Part shown: one piece after another, positions 40,730 through 49,246 of the stretch
Position numbering within the stretch: position 1 is the stretch's first letter
Layout of the letters: each line of letters starts with the position of its first letter
From: Candidatus Woesearchaeota archaeon B3_Woes
GTDB taxonomy: Archaea > Nanobdellota > Nanobdellia > Woesearchaeales > B3-WOES
Reading direction: 5' to 3'
Assembly: GCA_005222965.1 (NCBI GenBank)
Contig: NJBG01000001.1
Span: forward strand, 332,323-396,322
Length of the DNA stretch: 64,000 nucleotides
Translations under genes and position numbers: made by a program
Notes under the pieces: generated by a model
Told to the model about the DNA's origin: nothing
Databases searched by the model: none
The model's input: only the letters and a program-made list of their open reading frames with translations

Positions 40730-41674
40730 ATGAAACATTCATTAAGGGTAACTCTATTGTTAATTCTGTTTTTTCTACTAAGCCAAATTATTGGTTTAGG
40801 AATAATCTCAAAATACATAACGATTGAAGAAGTTGAAAAAATTGATTTAATTACAAATGAAACATACGTTGTCAATGAAACAATTGCTCTAGATCTCCCC
40901 CATAATATAGAAAGACCTCAATTTAATACTTCTTCAGAATTCATAACCTATTTGGTTATTGCAATATTGTTAGCAACAATCCTATTCTTATTTTTAATAA
41001 AAATAAAAACATTTTTCTTATGGAAATTATGGTTTTTCTTTGCAGTATTTCTATGTTTAACAATAGCTTTTAATTCTTTTATACCTAAAGTTATTGCAAC
41101 ATTTCTTGGATTTTTATTAGCTTTATGGAAAGTTATAAAACCAAACATACTAGTTCATAATCTAACTGAATTATTCATTTACGGAGGATTAGCAGCTATT
41201 CTGGTTCCAATAGATATTGTTAATGAGTATACAATCTTAATTTTATTATTACTAATTTCTATTTATGATGCTTATTCTGTCTGGAAATCAAAACACATGA
41301 TTAAGATGGCCAGATTCCAGGCAAAGTCAAAAGTTTTTGCGGGTTTATTAGTTCCTTATAAAAAAGAAACAACTAAAAAAGTTTCTCAAAAAGGAAAAGT
41401 TAAATTCAAAGGTATAAAAACAGCAATTTTGGGTGGAGGAGATGTTGCATTTCCTCTATTATTTGCAGGAGCAGTAATGAAATCACAAATTCTAACTAAC
41501 AGCTTTGCAATTGCGTTTTCAAAAACATTAATTATTCCATTGTTTACTTCTATAGCTTTACTATTGCTTTTCATTAAAGGAAGAGAAGATAGATTCTATC
41601 CTGCCCTACCTTTCTTAACTGCGGGTTGTATAATTGGTTATATTGTTTTATTGTTAGTTAATGTTTTAGTTTAA
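40730..41674 (+). CDS. Presenilin/SPP-family intramembrane aspartyl protease
   Basis: YD in a TM segment, LGGGD, YPALPF. Confidence 0.9.
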   Translation: MKHSLRVTLLLILFFLLSQIIGLGIISKYITIEEVEKIDLITNETYVVNETIALDLPHNIERPQFNTSSEFITYLVIAILLATILFLFLIKIKTFFLWKLWFFFAVFLCLTIAFNSFIPKVIATFLGFLLALWKVIKPNILVHNLTELFIYGGLAAILVPIDIVNEYTILILLLLISIYDAYSVWKSKHMIKMARFQAKSKVFAGLLVPYKKETTKKVSQKGKVKFKGIKTAILGGGDVAFPLLFAGAVMKSQILTNSFAIAFSKTLIIPLFTSIALLLLFIKGREDRFYPALPFLTAGCIIGYIVLLLVNVLV

Positions 41675-41722
41675 ATAAAGAAAATTAAGAGAAAACTATT
41701 TAAATATAAAATTAGGAATATA

Positions 41723-42142
41723 TTAAATCTCTTCTTTAATATCTATTGTAGCAATCATAGTTATTGTTTTTTTAATATCCTTATTTTTTCTTAGATTAAG
41801 TATAAATTTATTAAATTGTTCTATATTCCCAAATTTTAATTTTAAAACCAAATCATATTCGCCTGTAACCCCAAAAACCTCTTTAATGTGTTTATTATTA
41901 AAAAAAGATTGTTCTAAATCTTTAGAAGTAATTAAGAACACAAAAACAATAAAATTTTCACCAACCTCTTTATTATTAAGCTTAACAGTAAACTTTTCTA
42001 TAATCTTATCTTTTTTTAATTTCTTTATTCTGTCGTGTATTGTGCTTGGCCTCAGCCCTGTTTTTTTAGCAATATCTCTAATAGAAAGTCTAGAATTCTC
42101 TTTTAATACATTTAGTATTTGTTTGTCTTTTTCCAGTATCAT
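41723..42142 (-). CDS. Lrp/AsnC-family transcriptional regulator
   Basis: D.QIL..LKENSR.S...IAK...TIHDRIKKL HTH; VTGEYD. Confidence 0.92.
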   Translation of the reverse strand: MILEKDKQILNVLKENSRLSIRDIAKKTGLRPSTIHDRIKKLKKDKIIEKFTVKLNNKEVGENFIVFVFLITSKDLEQSFFNNKHIKEVFGVTGEYDLVLKLKFGNIEQFNKFILNLRKNKDIKKTITMIATIDIKEEI

Positions 42143-42147
42143 TTTTT

Positions 42148-42217
42148 GAAGGCCTCCCAAACATTTAGAATTAAATGTTTACGTTGCTTGGGGGCGTTGT
42201 CAAGGGAGGCCTTTCAT
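42148..42217 (-). promoter_or_regulatory. Structured 5' leader of the Lrp gene occluding its SD
   Basis: 10-bp stem 42149-58/42204-13 enclosing a 9-bp hairpin 42159-80; GC-rich island in AT-rich DNA. Confidence 0.55.
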
Positions 42218-42355
42218 AAGATAAAAATAAGTTATCCGAACTAATATATAAATATTGTTATTTTGTTCGGTTTAATAAAAAATATCCGGACAAGTTGAAT
42301 AAAAAATAAAATAAAATATATAAATTATCTTACATTACCTTATTACAGTGATATT

Positions 42356-43777
42356 ATGGATGAAACAGAAAATTACAAAATTAAAGATATTAACTTGGCT
42401 GATTTTGGTAGAAAAGAAATCGAAATTGCAGAAAAAGAAATGCCTGGCTTAATCGCTGTTAGAGAAAAATACAGTAAAGATAAACCACTAAAAGGAGCAA
42501 GAATTACTGGAAGTTTGCATATGACTATTCAAACAGCTGTACTAATTGAAACTTTAGTTGAATTAGGAGCAGATGTTAGATGGGCTTCTTGTAATATATT
42601 TTCAACTCAAGATCATGCCGCTGCTGCAATTGCAAAAGCAAACATACCTGTATTTGCTTGGAAAGGGGAAACACTAAAAGAGTATTGGTGGTGCACAGAA
42701 AAAGCACTTGATTTTGGAGATGGAAAAGGTCCAAATTTAATTGTTGATGATGGAGGAGACGCAACTCTAATGATTCATAAGGGTGTTGATATTGAAAAAG
42801 ATCCATCTACTTTAGAAAAAGATTATAGCAATGAAGGTGAAGATTTTAGAGAGTTAATGGCTAATTTAAAAAAAGGTTATGAAAAAGACAAAGAAAGATG
42901 GGCAAGAATTTCTAAAGAAATAAAAGGTGTTTCAGAAGAAACAACTACCGGAGTTCATAGACTATATCAAATGATGGAAGAAAAGAAATTACTATTTCCA
43001 GTAATAAATGTGAATGATTCTGTTACAAAATCAAAATTTGACAACATTTATGGATGTAGACATTCTCTTATAGACGGAATAAAAAGAGCAACAGATGTTC
43101 TCATATCTGGTAAAACTGCTTTTGTTTGTGGTTATGGTGATGTTGGGAAAGGTTGTGCAGAATCTCTAAGTAATGAGAAGGCAAATGTTTTGGTTTCAGA
43201 AATTGATCCAATTTGTGCATTACAGGCGTGTATGACTGGTTATAAAGTTTGTACTATTGAAGATGCCTTGCCTATTGCAAATATATATGTTACAACAACA
43301 GGTAACAAAGATATAATTACTGCTGAACACATGAGCAAAATGAAAGATCAAGCAATTGTTTGTAATATAGGTCACTTTGATAATGAAATACAAGTAACAG
43401 AACTTGAAAAATGGCCCGGAATTAAAAAAGAAGAGATAAAAGGATCAGAATGTCCTGTTCATAGATACACTTTTCCAGACGGACACTCAATATTCCTTTT
43501 AGCAGAAGGGAGACTTGTTAATTTAGGATGTGCAACAGGGCATCCAAGCTTTGTTATGAGTAATTCTTTTACTAATCAAACCCTAGCTCAAATAAGATTA
43601 TGGGAAAAAGAGCACGAAATTGGAGTTTATATGCTTCCTAAAGAACTAGATGAAGAAGTTGCAAGACTTCATTTAGATCAATTGGGTGCTAAATTGACTA
43701 AATTAACAAAAGAACAAGCAGAATATATTGGAATAAAAGTAGAAGGCCCATATAAATCTGAACACTATAGATATTAA
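42356..43777 (+). CDS. ahcY: S-adenosylhomocysteine hydrolase
   Basis: [39 protein letters not shown]. Confidence 0.98.
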   Translation: MDETENYKIKDINLADFGRKEIEIAEKEMPGLIAVREKYSKDKPLKGARITGSLHMTIQTAVLIETLVELGADVRWASCNIFSTQDHAAAAIAKANIPVFAWKGETLKEYWWCTEKALDFGDGKGPNLIVDDGGDATLMIHKGVDIEKDPSTLEKDYSNEGEDFRELMANLKKGYEKDKERWARISKEIKGVSEETTTGVHRLYQMMEEKKLLFPVINVNDSVTKSKFDNIYGCRHSLIDGIKRATDVLISGKTAFVCGYGDVGKGCAESLSNEKANVLVSEIDPICALQACMTGYKVCTIEDALPIANIYVTTTGNKDIITAEHMSKMKDQAIVCNIGHFDNEIQVTELEKWPGIKKEEIKGSECPVHRYTFPDGHSIFLLAEGRLVNLGCATGHPSFVMSNSFTNQTLAQIRLWEKEHEIGVYMLPKELDEEVARLHLDQLGAKLTKLTKEQAEYIGIKVEGPYKSEHYRY

Positions 43778-43855
43778 CATACATTGTAAGTTTATGTTAT
43801 AAAATTGACTTGATAAAAAGGGTAGTTTTTTAAATATGAATCTCATAATTGGACT

Positions 43856-44185
43856 ATGAACAGAAAACAGTGGTATGTATTGGCGATAGTATCTTTCTTA
43901 CTTGGGAATTTTTTTATATATTTAGATATAAATAATGGTTTTCTTCCACTACCTTCAATTGGAAACCCTTGTAATTTTGAAGAGAGGTTATTGCTTGAAA
44001 AATATAATGCAGGAGAAATTACAATAGAAGAGTATAGAGAAAAAATCAAAGACGGACAATTAGACAAGTATGATGTCACCTGTATCTTGGGAGGGGAAAT
44101 GTATGAGCCATTTATTTATTTGTTCAATTTATTATGGATTGTTTTCTTAATTTTAGCATGGTTAGAACCTAAGAAGCAACATTAA
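43856..44185 (+). CDS. 2-TM protein with a SHOCT-like motif
   Basis: EKYNAGEITIEEYREK between hydrophobic ends. Confidence 0.65.
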   Translation: MNRKQWYVLAIVSFLLGNFFIYLDINNGFLPLPSIGNPCNFEERLLLEKYNAGEITIEEYREKIKDGQLDKYDVTCILGGEMYEPFIYLFNLLWIVFLILAWLEPKKQH

Positions 44186-44242
44186 ACTTAACAATGAAAT
44201 ATTAACATAAACTTTATATACTTCTTTTCTCTAAATTAAGTT

Positions 44243-44776
44243 ATGTTTAAAAAGAAGAAAGTACAGAATAAAAAAAGAGGATTTAGTATACAGTTTGATA
44301 GACGCATTAAAAAAGCAGAAGAAATTGCTAAAAGAGATATTAATATTGTAAAACAAGATATTAAAAAATTAGAAACTCCTCAATCTATTGATTTCTTTAT
44401 AACATATGGGTGGGCCATATTAGTTATAATAGTTGGTGTTGTTGGTTTTGTGTGGTGGAATTATTTTAGTATAGGTGCTGAAACATGTGAGTTTATAGAA
44501 GGTCATGAATTATTATGTAGAAATTTTGACATCACAAATGAAGAATTAAATATTGAAATAGCAAATTTAAACAACAAATCAATAAAAATAAACCAAATAA
44601 CACTAAACTCCTGTTTTATTAATCCAGAACAAAACATACCACATAATGATAGAAGAAGTTTTAATATTCCGTGTAATGTGAGTTCAGGTAGATTAAAAGA
44701 AAAAGTTGTTGTTGCTTATACTATTGAAGATTTTCAAAAACATGCTGTTGCTAAACTAGAAAAAATAATTCCATGA
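44243..44776 (+). CDS. Pilin-like membrane protein with a degenerate class III signal motif
   Basis: QSIDFFITYGWAILVII resembles the DPANN 'Q..MEFLMTYGWAIL' pilin N-terminus; Cys pairs follow. Confidence 0.6.
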   Translation: MFKKKKVQNKKRGFSIQFDRRIKKAEEIAKRDINIVKQDIKKLETPQSIDFFITYGWAILVIIVGVVGFVWWNYFSIGAETCEFIEGHELLCRNFDITNEELNIEIANLNNKSIKINQITLNSCFINPEQNIPHNDRRSFNIPCNVSSGRLKEKVVVAYTIEDFQKHAVAKLEKIIP

Positions 44777-45633
44777 CAAGACAATCTATTGTAGATGGAC
44801 AATTCTATGAATCTGATTCTGATAAACTAAACAATCAAATTGAATCATGTTTCAAAAATAGATTTGGTCCTGGTTCTTTGCCTTCTAAAACAAGAGATAA
44901 AAATATTATAGGTGTTGTATGTCCTCATGCAGGGTACGCTTTTTCAGGACCTTGCCAGGCCTTTTCTTATAAAGAAATTGGAGAATCTAAACTTCCTGAT
45001 GTATATATTTTGTTTGGGTTAAGTCATTCTGGTTTTAATAGTTGTATAAGTACAAAAGATTGGGAAACACCTTTTGGAATTGTAAAAACAGACAAAGAAT
45101 TAGGAGAAAAACTTTCAGAAATGTCGGGTTTGCCAATAGACGAAGTCGCGCATCAAAATGAACATTCTATTGAAGTTCAATTACCCTTTTTACAATTTGT
45201 AAATAAAAACAATGATTTCAAAATATTGCCTATAATTATCAGTTATGACGCAGACTTAAAAAAAATTGCTCAATACATTAAAGAAACATTAGATCAAACC
45301 AAAAAAACATGCATCTTAATTGCTTCATCAGACTTCACACACTATGGCCTAAATTATGGTTTTGTTCCTTTTTCTGATAACATAAAAGAGAACATGTATA
45401 AGTTAGACCAAGGAGCTATAGACTTTATAGAAAAATTAAATTCAGATAAGTTTTTAGATTACACAGAAGAAAAACAAGCAACTATTTGTGGTAAACATCC
45501 TATTGCTGCTTTAATTGAAACATCAAAACTTTTAGGAGCTAAAAAAGCAGAACTACTAAAATATTATACTTCTGGAGACATATTAAAAGACTATAATAGT
45601 GCAGTAGGCTATGCTTCTATTATTATAAAATAA
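44773..45633 (+). CDS. MEMO1-family protein (AmmeMemoRadiSam protein B)
   Basis: GQFY, PHAGY.FSG, EHSIEVQLPFLQ, SSDFTHYG, TICG. Confidence 0.93.
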   Translation: MTRQSIVDGQFYESDSDKLNNQIESCFKNRFGPGSLPSKTRDKNIIGVVCPHAGYAFSGPCQAFSYKEIGESKLPDVYILFGLSHSGFNSCISTKDWETPFGIVKTDKELGEKLSEMSGLPIDEVAHQNEHSIEVQLPFLQFVNKNNDFKILPIIISYDADLKKIAQYIKETLDQTKKTCILIASSDFTHYGLNYGFVPFSDNIKENMYKLDQGAIDFIEKLNSDKFLDYTEEKQATICGKHPIAALIETSKLLGAKKAELLKYYTSGDILKDYNSAVGYASIIIK

Positions 45634-45636
45634 AAA

Positions 45637-47181
45637 TTAGAAAGGTGAAAAAGGGAAAAATTTCTTCTTCTTAATAAAAAAATAAGAAATAAAACTAATA
45701 ATTATAATCAAAGAGATTATAGATATTATTATTAATTCTTTTATTGATTTTCCTTCTTCTTTTGTGATTAAAGGAGTTGTCTCTTCCATATCTTCATCAA
45801 AAGAAACTTCTGGAAGGGTTTCTTCTACAATTTCCTTTTTTGCTTCTTCTTTTTTAGGTAAAGTAATTGTTTGTAGTGCTTGTTTTTTTGGTATTTTCTT
45901 AACTATCATATCTACCTTACCACTCATTATAGAAACTAATTCAATATAAAGCAATTCGTCCTCTCCTACATCTATTGTTTGTGGTTTTCCAATAATTAAT
46001 GTTAAATAGATTGGAGATGATTCAATTACCAGATCAATTTTTGTTCTGTCTGGATAAACTTTTTTAATAGTTAGAGAATGGGGGTTTCTCCCTAATTTAA
46101 ATTCAAGTTTGCTGTTTCTTTCTAATTTAGTTATTTTATCCCCTATGCTTGTTAAAGATACTGTTCTAGTAAAATCTTTTTTAATTCCATTTCCTCCTCC
46201 TCCATTTGAAGATGGTGTTGATGGTGTAGTAACTTTAATTGTTATAGAACTGCTATTCCCTTCATTGCCAGATCCATCTGTACAATTAACATTTACTGTA
46301 TGAGTTCCATCAGGAACAGTACTTGCTGTAATTGTAGTATCTGTAGCATTAGCTGTTGAAGTGTTGCTTCCATAACTTGTTCCACTAAAGTATAAACTAC
46401 AATTTACAGTAGCAAATAAGGCATCAGTGTAGTTAAATGTTATTGAAGGTGTATTATCTGTTGTATTAAAAGAAGAGTTAACTAAAGTTACTATTGGAGC
46501 AGTATTATCAATAGTGATACTAACTGATTCAGAATTATTAATATTTCCAACTGTGTCATTTGCCCAAACAGTTATAGTGTGTGTTGTCTCTGCTAGTGTT
46601 GTTAAGTCAAGAGTTATATTCCAAAAATCTCCTGATTGTGTAGCAGTTCCTGTTGTAAATGGATCAGTTCCATTTGAAATATTGAAAAAAACAGTATCAA
46701 CAGTTAAAGTTGTATCATTTACTGTCGCATTTAAGACAATAGATGATGTTATACTTGCACTATAATTAGCACCAGTTGAAGGTGCATTTATAGTAACAAC
46801 ATTTGGTTGTGTATTATCAACAGTCACTCCTGTTACACTTATATTGCCAACAATCGTACCACTGGAATTTGTAGCATTAACGGTTAAATTATAAATTCCA
46901 TCATTTAAAAGGGTTGTTGTAGGAAAAGAAGTGTTTTCAAAAGTGGTTTGGCCACCAGTGGTATTATAAATAGTTGTATTTAGAACATAATTTCCATTAG
47001 AATCAATCCACTTAAAAGTTACATTAACTGCTGCTGCATCTGTAGTTGCATTTAAGAGAATATTCCCAGAAACATTCTGTCCAGTAATTGGGGAAATAAC
47101 AGCAACAGAAGCCAAAGCATAAACAAAGTAAGCAAAAAGAAATATTATTATAGTAAATAATGTAAAATATCTGAATTTAAT
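45637..47181 (-). CDS. Secreted Ig-like surface glycoprotein with a C-terminal TM anchor; probable ATT start
   Basis: Frame extends 22 codons upstream of TTG 47115, giving signal peptide (M)KFRYFTLFTIIIFLFAYFVYALA; GGAGGTG 7 nt before ATT. Confidence 0.75.
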   Translation of the reverse strand: MKFRYFTLFTIIIFLFAYFVYALASVAVISPITGQNVSGNILLNATTDAAAVNVTFKWIDSNGNYVLNTTIYNTTGGQTTFENTSFPTTTLLNDGIYNLTVNATNSSGTIVGNISVTGVTVDNTQPNVVTINAPSTGANYSASITSSIVLNATVNDTTLTVDTVFFNISNGTDPFTTGTATQSGDFWNITLDLTTLAETTHTITVWANDTVGNINNSESVSITIDNTAPIVTLVNSSFNTTDNTPSITFNYTDALFATVNCSLYFSGTSYGSNTSTANATDTTITASTVPDGTHTVNVNCTDGSGNEGNSSSITIKVTTPSTPSSNGGGGNGIKKDFTRTVSLTSIGDKITKLERNSKLEFKLGRNPHSLTIKKVYPDRTKIDLVIESSPIYLTLIIGKPQTIDVGEDELLYIELVSIMSGKVDMIVKKIPKKQALQTITLPKKEEAKKEIVEETLPEVSFDEDMEETTPLITKEEGKSIKELIIISIISLIIIISFISYFFIKKKKFFPFSPF

Positions 47182-47199
47182 TTTATTACACCTCCTTTT

Positions 47200-47370
47200 A
47201 AATTCATTAATATCTTCTTATATATAAATGTTTTTTTTTGAATAAAAAAAGAATTTTTTGTATCAAATGCGTCTCACAAAAGTTCCATAGGAAATCAAGG
47301 GGTGTCCTCAATCTCCACAAGAAATGATGGGGTGTCTCATACTTGTAATGTCTCAAGACTGTCTCAGAAA
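47200..47370 (+). other. Candidate replication origin: AT-rich tract, two ORB-like boxes and GTCTCA repeats
   Basis: GTTCCATAGGAAATCAAGGGGT (47282-303) and TCTCCACAAGAAATGATGGGGT (47312-333) fit the TCCA-N3-GAAA-N-GGGG ORB pattern. Confidence 0.6.
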
Positions 47371-47408
47371 CAAAACATTTATAAGGAACCAATTTATTTA
47401 AATTATTC

Positions 47409-47786
47409 ATGGGGGAAGTTGATAAATTAAAAAAACAAATTAAAGAACTATCTGAAAGAATAGTTTCTCTTGAATCTAATATTCAAAAGAACCAAAAAGA
47501 TATAATAAAAGAAGCATTGACAGAGTTTACAAATCAAAAAAAGAAAGACAATCTAAAATCTGAATTCTTAAGAAAATTTAACCAAAACAAAAAAACACTA
47601 ATTAAACAAAAGATTATTGAAATAATAAAAATAAAACCAACTTCTCTAGCAGATCTTAAATATCATATTGTTAATCAATTAAATTATTGTTCAAAAGCAT
47701 CTTTTTATAGATATATCGCAGAAATGAGGGAAGATATAGAAATAAAAAATAATATAGCTTATCTTAATAAGAAGGTTCTTGTATAA
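47409..47786 (+). CDS. Coiled-coil plus C-terminal HTH-like protein
   Basis: N-terminal heptads; 'SLADLKYHIVNQLNYCSKASFYRYIAEM' resembles an HTH recognition helix. Confidence 0.65.
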   Translation: MGEVDKLKKQIKELSERIVSLESNIQKNQKDIIKEALTEFTNQKKKDNLKSEFLRKFNQNKKTLIKQKIIEIIKIKPTSLADLKYHIVNQLNYCSKASFYRYIAEMREDIEIKNNIAYLNKKVLV

Positions 47787-48127
47787 TGGACGTTTATATA
47801 AAAAACAAAACAATAGTTACAAACGCCAAAATCATAAAATCTCCTTTAAAACAAGCAATTGGCTTAATGTTTTCTAAACAAAAGAACATTATTTTTGAGT
47901 TTAAAAAAGAAAAAAAAGAGTTTATTCACATGTTCTTTGTTTTTTATCCTATTGATTTAGTATTTCTCAATAAAAATAAAAAAGTTGTTGAATTGAAACA
48001 AAACTTTAAGCCATTTAAAACATATAAATCAAAGAATAAAGCAAAATATATTCTCGAACTTAAAAAGAATACCATAAAAAACAACAAAATAAAAGCGAAT
48101 GATAATATTTCTTTCAAAAAACAATAG
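47786..48127 (+). CDS. DUF192-family protein
   Basis: GLMF, IHMFFVFYPIDLVFL, YILEL. Confidence 0.88.
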   Translation: MDVYIKNKTIVTNAKIIKSPLKQAIGLMFSKQKNIIFEFKKEKKEFIHMFFVFYPIDLVFLNKNKKVVELKQNFKPFKTYKSKNKAKYILELKKNTIKNNKIKANDNISFKKQ

Positions 48128-48161
48128 TTTTTATAAATACTTAAAAAAATATAATTATTAA

Positions 48162-48302
48162 GGGGATGTAGTATAAAGGAAATTTTTCCGTACAACCTGG
48201 CTAGCATAGCTGGCTCCAGTCTTTGTGGAGCGATGAGGCAATACGCCGATGATTTACAAAGGGCTTTACCAGCAGATCTGAGTTCGAATCTCAGCATCCC
48301 CA
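48162..48302 (+). tRNA. tRNA-Trp(CCA) with two introns (48177-48195 at 15/16; 48220-48267 at 37/38)
   Basis: Acceptor GGGGATG/CATCCCC; T-arm CTGAG-TTCGAAT-CTCAG; anticodon stem GCTGG/CCAGC; CCA at 48216-18. Confidence 0.9.
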
Positions 48303-48313
48303 CTTTTTATTTA

Positions 48314-49051
48314 TTAAACTAATAATTTTTCTGGGAGGTTGCTGATTATATCTTCATCAGATAAAATTGAAATTTTTAATTCATTAATTTGTTTTTTTAA
48401 ACTATTTTTCCTTTTAGGGAAACTTTCTTTCGGACATATCAATAAACCATCATTTATTTTTAATATTTTCATATAATTTAATAGTTGTTTTAATTCAAAC
48501 ATTGTTATATTATTTTTTCCCCTAAAGTCTTTTATTTCAACAATGTACTTTTTATTATTGTAAATAAATAAACAATCTATAATACTATTTTCAATTCTTA
48601 TTTTTGGTTTGACATCTCCGAATTTCTTTAATAAGTTAATTACTCTTTTTTCATACTCAATACATCTTTTTACAATAAAAGGATTTCTGACCCCTGAAGT
48701 TATGTCTTTCTCATGATATTTTATTCCAGCTTCTTTATAAGCTTTTAAGATACTACCAAACGCCCTTATTACGTTAACTTTAGTTTTATTTTGAATTTCG
48801 CTTATGTTAGACGATGGATTTAGTTTAATGAAACCAATAACATCTTCTTTTTGTTCTTCTAAGGTTCTTTTAATCAAGTTTTTAGAAAAAATTATATTAG
48901 CATCTTTATATGCTTCTTTCATATTTTTATAATATCTCTCCACTTTCAACTTAGTTGCCCTTTTAATTTCACGATAAGTACAACTTGGATTATTTTGAAT
49001 GTATCTTTTGATTACTTCTCTTTTTTGTTTAATATCATTTTTAATTTTCAT
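48314..49051 (-). CDS. Protein with two N-terminal helical repeats and a PD-(D/E)XK nuclease-like domain
   Basis: Repeat 'V..(Y/F)I..NPS....EI...TK..V.R......AYK.A.I'; YE....L, IDCL, IVEIK, QL..Y. Confidence 0.7.
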   Translation of the reverse strand: MKIKNDIKQKREVIKRYIQNNPSCTYREIKRATKLKVERYYKNMKEAYKDANIIFSKNLIKRTLEEQKEDVIGFIKLNPSSNISEIQNKTKVNVIRAFGSILKAYKEAGIKYHEKDITSGVRNPFIVKRCIEYEKRVINLLKKFGDVKPKIRIENSIIDCLFIYNNKKYIVEIKDFRGKNNITMFELKQLLNYMKILKINDGLLICPKESFPKRKNSLKKQINELKISILSDEDIISNLPEKLLV

Positions 49052-49246
49052 TTTAAATCACAAACCATTTTATATTCTAACTATGTAAATGATTTTTACA
49101 TTTATATATTTGATGCAACCATGGCAAGTGGCAAATGAAAAATCATAATTTGGTAGTTAGAATAGGTTAAAGAGATTTAAAATAAAGAAAATCTAAATTA
49201 ATAACATTTATTAACAAGTAACATCACTTAAGTGTTAAGAGGTGTT

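Noticed and set aside
42186..42215. Canonical SAH riboswitch on the + strand for ahcY
   Set aside because: GGGGCGTTG...AGGC resembles the 5' part, but the downstream pseudoknot partner is missing and ahcY has its own TATA box about 35 nt before its ATG
44773..45633. Complete AmmeMemoRadiSam system
   Set aside because: Only the MEMO1 component is present; the radical SAM gene in the window is Taw1
47270..47370. Possible CRISPR array
   Set aside because: The repeats are 6-22 bp and irregular, with no unique 30-40 bp spacers and no cas genes; an ORB/iteron reading fits better
47944..48303. 119-aa minus-strand ORF
   Set aside because: It is the antisense of tRNA-Trp and the DUF192 gene
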